Positions 13,351 through 26,429 of a stretch of DNA of 64,000 nt are shown here, in pieces (position 1 is the first letter of the stretch; the number at the start of each line of letters is the position of its first letter). Source of the DNA: Macrostomum lignano (lineage: Eukaryota); NCBI GenBank assembly GCA_002269645.1, contig NIVC01002497.1, positions 104,282 to 168,281 of the forward strand, written 5' to 3'. A model generated the notes under the pieces. That model did no database searches and was not told the DNA's origin. It saw only the letters and a program-made list of their open reading frames with translations. The translations under genes were made by a program, and so were the position numbers.

Positions 13351-14941
13351 CGATATTTGTGTAGATGATCACCACGATGACTCCCAGCAGGAAAACAACT
13401 CCTAGCGTGATGAAGATAACGTTGAGTATTTTTCGAAGAAGTGGCAACTGCAGATCCTGAATTAAATCTTGATGATCGTCATCCACCTGCTTGTCCTGCG
13501 AGTGAAATGGGTTGCGGATGCGACTGTCTTGCGAGTGACGAGCTGGTGGAGTGACAGGCTGGTAGAGTGACAGGCTGGTAGAGTGACAGGCTGGTAGAGT
13601 GACAGGCTGGTAGAGTGACAGGCTGGTAGAGTGACAGGCTGGTAGAGTGACAGGCTGGTAGAGTGACAGGCTGGTAGAGTGACAGACTGGTAGAGTGACA
13701 GGCTGGTAGAGTGACAGGCTGGTAAAGGGATTAGAGAGTAGAGTGACAGCAGTGACGGAGAGTAGAGTGACAACAGTGACGGAGAGTGGAGTGACAAAAG
13801 TGACGGAGAGTGGAGTGACAAGAGTGACGGAGAGTAGAGTGACAGCAGTGACGGAGAGTAGAGTGACAACAGTGACGGAGAGTAGAATGACAAGAGTGGC
13901 AGACTGATAGGAGAGTGATAAGGGATAAGAGAGTGGCAAGATGGACAGAGTGACGCAGTGACGGAAATGTGGCCAGCCGGCAAAGCAAACCTGCAGGAAG
14001 GTGATGATCCGGTCCACAGTCGGGTGCTTCCTAGCCTGGCGAATGATCTTCTTTCGTCCCTTTAAATTGCTGCCTCCGTCGCCGCCGTCGTCTCGCTGCC
14101 GCTGCTGCCGCTGCTGCTCCTGAGGCAAATCCGCGGCCGCTCCGTCGTCGATCGCCTCAGTCGGTCTGGGCAGCAGCGGCTCCTTGGCCTCGCAGCACTG
14201 GCCTCGGCTGGCCGAGCCGTTGGTGTTGGGCGGCCGGCGGCCGGCGGGTGCAGATGAGTCCCCCGCCTGCGACTGCGTGAACCGCATGGCGTCGCCTCGG
14301 CTTCCTGTGAGGATGACGGAGAAGCGGATGCTGGAGTTCATCGGGATTGCTATGGCGGAATGAGAGAGGAATGGGGCGGATCGGGGGAATCGGGGCGGAA
14401 TCGGGGCGGAATCGGGGCGGATTTGGGGCCGAATCGGAGCGGAATCAGGGCGGAATGGGGGCGGAATAAGGAATGGGGGTGGAATCGAGGCGGAATTGGA
14501 GCGGAATAGGGGAGGAATCGGGGCGGAATCGGAGCGGAATAGGGGAGGAATCGGGGCGGAATCGGAGCGGAATAGGGGAGGAATTGGGGCGGAATCGGAG
14601 CGGAATAGGGGCGGAATCGGAGCGGAATCGGAGCGGAATCGGAGCGGAATCGGAGCGGAATCGGAGCGGAATCGGAGCGGAATCGGGGCGGAATCGGAGC
14701 AGAATAGGGGAGGAATCGGGGCGGAATCGGAGCGGAATAGGGGCGGAATCGGGGCGGAATCGGGGTGGAATCGGGGCGGAATCGGAGCGGAATAGGGGAG
14801 GAATCGGGGCGGAATCTCACCTCGGATCTGCTTAATCGTTGGCGGCAGGGCGAACGCAGCCTCCGCAGTGGAGATATTGTGCCGATCCAGCAGATCGTTT
14901 GCTGACCTGCCTGCCATGACCGAACGGATCGGAGGGGGCAA
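13351..14941 (-). CDS. Partial multi-exon gene for a disordered protein with a hydrophobic, probably transmembrane, segment
   Basis: Exons ending at 14821, 14349-13991 and 13495-13351 with phase-consistent GT-AG sites (CGAG|GTGAGA...CATAG|CA; CTGCAG|GTTTGC...TCGCAG|GAC; ATCG|GTGAGC). Segment VIFITLGVVFLLGVIVVIIY. Start and last exon not determined. Confidence 0.6.
13550..13905. repeat. Adjacent 16-bp (GTAGAGTGACAGGCTG) and 24-bp (AGAGTGACAGCAGTGACGGAGAGT) minisatellites, intronic
   Basis: Tandem units inside predicted intron 13496-13990. Confidence 0.9.
14378..14815. repeat. About 11-bp (CGGAATCGGAG)-type minisatellite, intronic
   Basis: Tandem units inside predicted intron 14350-14820; a degenerate version lies at about 12940-13055. 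Confidence 0.9.
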
Positions 14942-15138
14942 GGGGGCGCGAACTTGGGACTCTAGCAGCGAAATCGAAGAGGAGCTGCCGCAAGCGATGT
15001 CGGGAGCAGAGCGGGTGGGGATTTTAGCTGGCTAAAAAATCCAGCTCTATCCGGATAGAACACTGATGAGGAATAGGAGCTGGGGTGGGGAGGCTGAAGA
15101 GAGGTTGAGCAGACCACCCGCCTGCCGGAGTACTCGTG

Positions 15139-15359
15139 ACCTGGGGAACCGGGATCTGAACGCTGGGAGAGGAGGCTGCACGGCTGGCTACATCAGATTT
15201 TCTCCCCCCTCTAGCCAAATAGTAAAGTAAGGTAGCGATTGGTTGCGAGCCTGGGCAAAAAAGGGGAAGAAAAAGAGAGAGAAAGAGGGGTCAGGAAAAA
15301 CCTCTGTGAGCTTGCGTCGGGATAAGAGAGGCTTTGGTGTCTCTCTCTCCTCGTAAGTG

Positions 15360-15422
<63 letters not shown>

Positions 15423-16647
15423 GAGAGAGGAGGGCGCCTCCAATCTCAGGCACGGACGCGGTACATGTAAAAAGGACAAACAAGTCAAGATGATAGCGAC
15501 AAGTGGTGTTGTAAAAGTTATTAAATAGGCGGGTTAGAGGGGAGAGAGAGTAGGCAGGTAGATAGAGAGCGTACGGTATGTACACTTGGTGTGAGTCGAC
15601 AAAACACTATTAGAGTTGAAAATGAAAAATAAAAAACAGTGCACAAATAAAGTGAACCGCACGTGGGCTGCAGCGATCCTACACACGAAATAAATAATGG
15701 AATAGTGCGACTGCACCGGTGTCTAAAAAGGGGAAAGAGTGACTCTAAGCACTTTACAAAATTGACCTCAATAAATAAATAAGCAGTAAATCAATAAATA
15801 AATAAATAAGGTGAAAGGCCCTCAAAAACTTAAAAAAGAGCAATTGTACGATAAGCAAAAGAGTAAAAGTAAAAAGTGTAATAAAAAGTACAGGGTGTCA
15901 AGAAACAATAGAAATGTTGATGCAGAATAAATGCTGAGAATATACAAAAGCTGTGCTTGGGCTAGCGATGAGAATAAAAAAATTTCTAAGAAAGGAGCAA
16001 TAAAGGCTTGGTAGGTATCGGCACGGTCTGACAAAGGTAAGTAGTAGGGAAAGTGAAGTAAAAAATCAAAAGGAAAAAATAAAAAAATTCAATCAGTGGT
16101 GGACTCCAGTCGACTGGGACAGAGCAGCTGCCGGAGGTTCCGCCCTTTGGTGTAGGCGGGCAGCACCGGCGCCTCGCAGCACCGGGCCACGCGGTCCTTC
16201 ACCGCGGCCACCAGGGCGTCCGACCTCGCACAATGGGGCAGGATCAGCGGGATGGCCGGGTTGTGCAGCGTGCCGGCAAGCTCGTTGACGCCGTGCGGGG
16301 TTTGAGTCTTTAACACCTCGATGAGCTTGGCCTCGTGGCGCTGCCGCCGCTCGTTCGCTCTGGGTCCCGTGCCGTCACGAGACCAGATGCCGGTGAAGGC
16401 GAAGTCCGCCAGACTGTGGCCATCACCTGGGGAACCGGGATCTGAACACTGGGAGAGGAGGCTGCACGGCTGGCTACATCAGATTTTCTCCCCCCTCTAG
16501 CCAAATAGTAAAGTAAGGTAGCGATTGGTTGCGAGCCTGGGCAAAAAAGGGGAAGAAAAAGAGAGAGAAAGAGGGGTCAGGAAAAACCTCTGTGAGCTTG
16601 CGTCGGGATGGGAGAGGCTTTGGTGTCTCTCTCTCCTCGTAAGTGCA

Positions 16648-16720
<73 letters not shown>

Positions 16721-16733
16721 GGAGAGAGAGGGA

Positions 16734-16778
<45 letters not shown>

Positions 16779-16860
16779 TGAGAGAGAGAGAGAGAGGGAG
16801 AGAGAGAGAGAGAGAGTGAGAGAGAGAGAGAGAGAGGGAGAGAGCGAGAGAGAGAGAGAA
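15139..16860 (-). mobile_element. Penelope-like element fragment with a direct-repeat (pseudo-LTR-like) arrangement
   Basis: A ~222-bp segment plus (GA)n is duplicated at 15139 and 16425. Between the copies the minus frame reads GHSLADFAFTGIW...RHEAKLIEVLKTQTPHGVNE, resembling a GIY-YIG C-terminus, and stops at 16089. Confidence 0.65.
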
Positions 16861-17691
16861 GAAGAGAGCAGTGTGGGATGAAGCTGAAAGAGCCAAGGGG
16901 ATTTTGGATTCTGCTTTCGGCTTTTCTTGTCTTAGCCCGCCGTGCTCAGCCGAAACTGAAACTGGCGAGAGCTGTAGAGAGGAGAGAACTTTTGAGACTC
17001 TCCCACAAATCCATTGGCTCTGCTGGCAGCCCGGCGTTAGGAGAAGGATTAGTATAGGATGGGATGGGAGAGAGTCCCCTCTGTGAGCGTGGTCGCTGGG
17101 ATCTGGGCTATGTGGGGACCCGGCAATTCAAAATGGGGATCGCATTTCAGCCCGAACAGAGCAGCTCAGCTCGACATGCACGGCTTCGGGTCAGGCGGTT
17201 CGATGATTTCAGTAATTGATTTTTGCTAGCTGGGTTCGCCCGCCCTGTCTACACAGACTGAGCAGTTTGCCAATGCACTTTTAAATTAGTTCGCTTAGAA
17301 CCACAAAAAAGGCGAGAGCGGTTGAGCCATTCTATCCCTTAAGTTCTTAAGTTAAGCTTCATGGAGAGTGGGAGTGGTCGATGTCAAGCGTCTGTTTACA
17401 TAGTAGAACATTCTGGAATGTCCACGAGGTGTCTGCGTGGTTCCATGACTTTGCAAATTTCTTAGAAAGTGACATTTGAAAAAAATACACTACTCAATTT
17501 ATTGAAAGTTTTCCCGTGTTGCTTCTCTCTCTCGCTCTCTCTGTTAGAACATGCCCCAGCAACAAAGGCTGCCCATAGACACAGAAGCTCCCATCCGCTA
17601 ACACGGATGCAAACGCGTTAGTGCATCGTTGCAGACGAAGCGCTGGTTGAGTCGCATTACCGCTGGTTATTTCGTGACCGACCAATCGAGG

Positions 17692-20536
<2,845 letters not shown>

Positions 20537-20772
20537 GTGAACAGGGGAATTTTTTCTCACATTGGATGAAACAAGAATTTGTTGCGACTAAGGCGGCGGC
20601 GCTGGGCGACATTATTTTGTTTGTTGGCATGCAAGCATTTTATTGAGAAAAAATTTCTAAATATAGAAGATTTTCGATTTGCTTTTTCTATCAAAATTGA
20701 ATGAAGATTGGTAGGTGTGCCGAACAGTAATGGATCCTGCTCCAGATGCGTGGGCATCGATCAAGCTGCTAC

Positions 20773-21490
20773 AAAGTGGTTGCAGTCACAACTGAGCCAA
20801 AGTGGTTACAGTCACAACTGAGTCAAAGTGGTTGCAGTCACAACTGAGCCAAAGTGGTCACAACTGAGTCAAAGTGGTTGCAGTCACAACTGAGTCAAAG
20901 TGGTTACAGTCACAACTGAGCCAAAGTGGTTGCAGTCACAACTGAGTCAAAGTGGTTGCAGTCACAACTGAGTCAAAGTGGTTACAGTCACAACTGAGCC
21001 AAAGTGGTTGCAGTCACAACTGAGCCAAAGTGGTTACAGTCACAACTGAGCCAAAGTGGTTGCAGTCACAATTGAGCCAAAGTGGTCACAACTGAGTCAA
21101 AGTGGTTGCAGTCACAATTGAGCCAAAGTGGTCACAACTGAGTCAAAGTGGTTGCAGTCACAACTGAGTCAAAGTGGTTGCAGTCACAACTGAGCCAAAG
21201 TGGTTGCAGTCACAATTGAGCCAAAGTGGTCACAACTGAGCCAAAGTGGTTGCAGTCACAATTGAGTCAAAGTGGTTGCAGTCACAATTGAGCCAAAGTG
21301 GTCACAACTGAGTCAAAGTGGTTGCAGTCACAATTGAGTCAAAGTGGTTGCAGTCACAACTGAGTCAAAGTGGTTGCAGTCACAACTGAGCCAAAGTGGT
21401 TGCAGTCACAATTGAGCCAAAGTGGTCACAACTGAGCCAAAGTGGTTGCAGTCACAATTGAGTCAAAGTGGTTGCAGTCACAATTGAGCC
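20773..21490. repeat. 26-bp minisatellite (CAAAGTGGTTGCAGTCACAACTGAGY)n with interspersed 20-bp deletion variants
   Basis: Tandem units read directly. Confidence 0.95.
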
Positions 21491-22190
21491 TGCAATGAGG
21501 CCCCATGTCCTTCTCCTCATCTCTGTGGAGTCCAGCAGGTGCTCAATCGTCTCATCCTTCTCTCCCCACATCTGGCACCTTCCCTCATTCTGCAGACCGA
21601 TTCTCCTTCTATACGCAGCCAGCTCCAGCGAGTGCCCCGTTCTGTCCCTCCTGAAGCTGACCTCTTCCGCCCGGCTATCGAACCCCAGATCCCGGCTTCC
21701 ATGCTTTGTGTTCCCATACGTCTTCTGCATCCCCTCATGCCTCCATTCTTTCTCCAGACGAGTACATCGTCTCGATTTTTTAGCTACCAGGCTGGCCAGT
21801 ATTCCAACCTCCTCCACCCTCCGAAGCCGCCGTGTCGTTCGCCACCTCATCCGCCAACTCGTTCCTCCAGGCTCGGGATCCAGAGCATGGTGACCGAACC
21901 CTAGTCTTCGAGCGCATGCAGCTCTCTCCAGATCCGGACCGCCAGCGGGTTGCCTCCACAGCTCTGGATAGACTGCAGCCTATCAGTCGGAGGTTCCTTC
22001 TGCAACCTGGTGATGTCCAGCTCTCACTTCCTGAGCAGCTCCCATGCCATCTGATTCCAGTAACTCCTATGAAGCCTTTAACGTCCACCATCCTTAGCCA
22101 CCTTCCATCGGAGCGAGCCGGCTTCACTGCGGAGTATGCCATCAAGTTTCTTCACCGCCCTCCACTGTTGTCATCAGATTCTAGCGGTTG
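21490..22190 (-). mobile_element. Decayed 3' fragment of an RNase H-bearing LINE (Ingi/I-like)
   Basis: Frameshifted VTMLWIPS...NELADEVA (RNase H end) and RTGHSLELAAYRRRIG...RCQMWGEKDETIEHLL (knuckle remnant). Confidence 0.65.
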
Positions 22191-22769
22191 TTCTAAAAAT
22201 AAATTTGTTGTCTATGGTCCAAAATATGCTAATACGCTCGTAGTAACGAGGATGAAAGATTGATGTGACATTTCTGCCCGATAAGTCGGGTTTATCAATT
22301 ATTCGCTTAATTTATAGTATATACAATATACATCCTCTTGCCCGTGCAACATATGCTGAATTGGCTGCGTAGCTATCCAACGCAATCAGCCCAGTTGAAA
22401 TTGCAGCTGCAGGTGGCATATGAAACCCACAGTAGTGCCTAAATTGTAAAGTACTTCACCGTGCAATTGGAAATTAATGGCCACCCCAGCTCCACTCCAA
22501 CTTGTTCGGACGTGTACCAAAGTGAGTGAGTGGGCTGGGCCTTTATGCACTGCCCAGTGCATATTGGTGTGGTAAGTAGTTAAAAAAAATCGCATCAAGA
22601 TTTGAACTGACAAGCATGCCGATTTTCTGCATCTGCTTTCGCGGTCAGTTATAAGACATTTATCTAAGCGCTTGACTAAGTTGTTGGCGTCATCTGACTT
22701 GGACTTTTACCTGTTGCAATACAGATTTGAGCCTCTAGTGCAAACACTGCTGTCGCTTTGCTCGAGAAG

Positions 22770-23087
22770 ATGAAGAAGATGAAAGAGCTGGTGCTAATCG
22801 TTGGCGGCTTTGTCATGTTCCTGCTCTTCATTTGCGTCTATTGCTGCAAAAAGGCGGCTGCTGGATGCGGACGGCAGCGGACTGGCAGCAATCCAAATCG
22901 CGTCAACGTTCAGGTGCACCCGCCAGTGGCTGCGATCGCGGCTGGGGAGGGCTGGCCGACATCGTCCATGCTGCCACCACCGCAGTCGATGCAACAGCAG
23001 CACCAGCAGCAGTACCAGCACCAGCAGCAGCGGCAGTTCCAGCCGCCGCCGCCGTCATACGAAGAAGCGACGCGAAACGGCTGCTGA
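22770..23087 (+). CDS. Small single-pass membrane protein with a juxtamembrane Cys cluster and C-terminal PPxY motif
   Basis: LVLIVGGFVMFLLFICVYCC then a Gln/Pro-rich tail ending PPPPSYEEATRNGC. Confidence 0.7.
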   Translation: MKKMKELVLIVGGFVMFLLFICVYCCKKAAAGCGRQRTGSNPNRVNVQVHPPVAAIAAGEGWPTSSMLPPPQSMQQQHQQQYQHQQQRQFQPPPPSYEEATRNGC

Positions 23088-23552
23088 GGTCCCGGTGGGT
23101 GCAGACTGAAAAATTTTACCAAATGTGTCGCGTCAGGATTCAGTTAATTGATTGTACTAAGTTTTACGTTTTATTTACATTTGACCGTCTTGTATAGTTG
23201 AAACCTAATCCTTGTCAAGAGCCCTTCAAGTATCTCAGATATGTGCTCAAGGCTAGCAGTATTCATTATTTTATTCATCCATAATTGAAAAACTAATTCT
23301 AAGTTCCGCAATGTGACCTGTTGAGAGGCGAATCTCTGTGTCGTGGCGGACATTGCAACGTCTATTAGGGGACATTGACCCACTACTATTAGTAATTAAC
23401 GTAAAACAGCTCAATAGTCAATCAATTGGACTTTTTATCAAACTTTTTAACTCAGATTTCCCATCAGGATACCCATGAAATAGCCTCTGATCTGGTGACT
23501 GGCGCTTTTGTTTTGAATTTTCCGTGACGAGACATTTCTACGATGTGTCTTT

Positions 23553-24250
23553 TCCAGGATGTGAATTTTCCAGGACATGAACTCTCCAGGATGTTAATTT
23601 TCCAGGATGTGAATTCTCCAGGATGTGAACTCTCCAGGATGTGAATTTTCCAGGATATGAATTCTCCAGGATGTGAATTTTCCAGGATGTGAACTCTCCA
23701 GGATGTGAACTCTCCAGGATGTGAACTCTCCAGGATGTGAACTCTCCAGGATGTGAACTCTCCAGGGTGTTAATTTTCCAGGATGTGAATTTTCCAGGAT
23801 GTGAATTTTCCAGGATGTGAACTCTCCAGGATGTAAATTCTCCAGGATGTGAATTTTCCAGGATGTGAATTTTCCAGGATGTGAACTCTCCAGGATGTGA
23901 GTTTTCCAGGATGTGAACTCTCCAGGATGTGAATTCTCCAGGATGTGAATTTTCCAGGATGTGAATTTTCCAGGATGTGAATTTTCCAGGATGTGAACTC
24001 TCCAGGATGTGAATTTTCCAGGATGTGAACTCTCCAGGATGTGAATTCTCCAGGATGTGAATTTTCAGGATGCGGATTTTCCAGGATGTGAATTCTCCAG
24101 GATGTGAACTCTCCAGGATGTGAATTCTCTAGGATGTGAATTCTCCAGGATGTGAATTCTCTAGGATGTGAATTCTCCAGGATGTGATTCACATCATGTA
24201 CAAAATTCACATCATGTGAATTTTCAGGATGTGGATTTTCCAGGATGTGA
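23553..24250. repeat. 16-bp minisatellite (CCAGGATGTGAAYTYT)n
   Basis: Tandem units read directly. Confidence 0.95.
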
Positions 24251-24977
24251 ATTCTCGAGAATGTGAGATTCAAAGTAAAATACGAGCCATAGAAACGCTC
24301 ATTGCTCAAGAAAGAAAAGGAATTTTATCAAGCACCTTTAAGATTCATATTTCCAGTCAAATATTGCGTCGAAACTAGAAAATTAGTCCGAATGAATAGG
24401 TTTAATTTTAGTTCTATTACAACATAAACTTGCATATTTAATAACATTTAAAATTTTGAGCATCCTAAAAGAAAATTAACTACTGAATGCCATCTCAGAT
24501 TTTGTTGTACTTTTGTAGCTCAGTTAATTGTTAGTGATACATGTAAATGACACTAGAAGAACACACGCACGGTATCTGCTTGGCGAACGCAGGGTGCGAA
24601 TTCGTTAAAAAGGTTTCACCTTAATTACAATGTACACAGTTTGTGCACGCATAACTATATACTTATATTAATATTTAAATGCGTCAGTTTCCAGCTGGTA
24701 CAGGCTATTCCAGCCATGTCTGACTCAGACTTTTGGCTCAGCACAGACTTATTTGGCTTGAGTTATCGTTAGCTCACGTGCTTACATTCGCGCTTGATTT
24801 CACTGGTGCCCACTGCCAATGCTGCATGAGAATGGCTGCCATCTTATCAGTAGGCTTCGGCAGCCAACCTCGAGAGAATTAGATAAATATGAATACCTCA
24901 TGCGGCTCAAATTGTATTCGAACGCCTGGGTCGAAATTAAAGCAGAGATATACAATTATAAAAAGCAGAGAGAACAC

Positions 24978-25271
24978 ATGAGCTCACAATTCTATTGGAT
25001 CATATCGGCCCCCATAGCCATTTCATTGCTACTGGCCTTCTGCTTCTGCATTTGCCGGTGCAACCAGAACAAAAGAACGAACAGAACTGGCCAGACTGAA
25101 AGTCAGCGGCCTCAGCGGCGGCAGCGGCCTCAGCGGCCGCAGCGGCCTCAGCGGCCACAGCGACAGCAGCCGGTGCACACTCAGCCAACGGACTTTGCCA
25201 TCTCAGTCATCTCCCACTCTCCGCCGCCTTCCTATGAAGAAGCGATGCGTCAAGCCCGTGCAGAGATGTGA
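24978..25271 (+). CDS. Second small single-pass membrane protein with a Cys cluster and PPxY motif
   Basis: FYWIISAPIAISLLLAFCFCICRC...(RPQ)n...SPPPSYEEAMRQ. The frame is also open upstream to 24819. Confidence 0.7.
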   Translation: MSSQFYWIISAPIAISLLLAFCFCICRCNQNKRTNRTGQTESQRPQRRQRPQRPQRPQRPQRQQPVHTQPTDFAISVISHSPPPSYEEAMRQARAEM

Positions 25272-26359
25272 CATCCGTCACCAGTAATAATTCTACTTTA
25301 AGTAGCTTGATTGATTTTTAAAGACAATATTCCACATATGTATATCGTTACTTTCTATAAACAATGAAAATTGCTAATCTTCAGTGACTTCAGTTATTTT
25401 CAGGTGCATGCAGTTTATCTTAGAAGTATTATGTATAATATACAGTAAGTGTAAAAGATTTTATACATATTTTCAGTATAAAAAGAAATATAAAATATTT
25501 CTGTTGCCTTTTGATCGTTTAATTATAACTTCTCTTCTAAGAGCTGAAGGGATAGACAGTCAGGAAACTCAGAAATATATGTGCTTGTACAGTGTCAAAG
25601 TCAAGTATACTCATATTGATGCATTGTCTGAAGTCTGATTGTGATCAGCAAAATTCTAGTTTTGACTTTTAATAATGATTTCTAGACTAAAAAGCCAAAT
25701 AGTAGTTGAATAAATGATTGACAGTTTGCATCCCTATCTGGCAGTGCAGGGTACAAATTGTCACTGATCACATGTTGAACTGATCGAACGTTTCCACGAA
25801 CATAGCACCCCATGCCAGTCGCATTTCTCATAGTGATAATAATGTACCTTGGATTGCTAAAGGAACCCTCTTTATTGTATCTAGTGTCATGGCGATCATC
25901 TCAATAGGCTGTGTGAGCAATATCAATATCCTTCTCAATAATCTTCAAGTATTCTGCTTTCAGTGCATCTTCGGCTCAATGGTTTCAAGATACAGTTCCA
26001 CACCAGCAAGTTTAATCTCCATTGTTGTATAGTCAAAGTCCAAATTTCTCATTTCGATCATCTCTATATACCGGTAGTCAACCTAAATGTGTAGCTAAAG
26101 TTGCTTGTCAACGCAGAAACCACCCAAACATCTCTAAGGTAACGAGTAGAAAAATATCAACAGACCTAAACAGTGGATTCTTAGCAGCATCGGTTGCACC
26201 CGCAAGCTCATAATCATAATTTGTTTTCTTTTCATATAACCGGGGTCATCAACATCCCCTTTCTGCTCATTGGGGATGAAGCCAGCTCCACTCCCAACAA
26301 CAACAGCAACAACAACAACACCCGCTGTGCTTTACGCGCAGCCTGCGGCCCGCCCGCAG

Positions 26360-26429
26360 CTCCTACCCGGCGCCGCGTCTTCGTCGCGGAGGGGAGCCCC
26401 TCTCTTGGAAAGGGGTCGAAGAGCGCCGG
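26360..26429 (+). ncRNA. Candidate HDV-like self-cleaving ribozyme in the LINE leader
   Basis: Manual fold gives P1, P1.1, P2, P3, P4, L3 UCUUCGU and J4/2 UCGAA in canonical order (details in findings). Confidence 0.65.

Noticed and set aside
15044-15085. Possible hammerhead ribozyme (CTGATGA inside a CCAGCTC/GAGCTGG stem) beside the Penelope-like element
   Set aside because: No GAAA core or stem II, and it lies on the strand opposite to the element. The CTGATGT in the duplicated segment also fails the core consensus.
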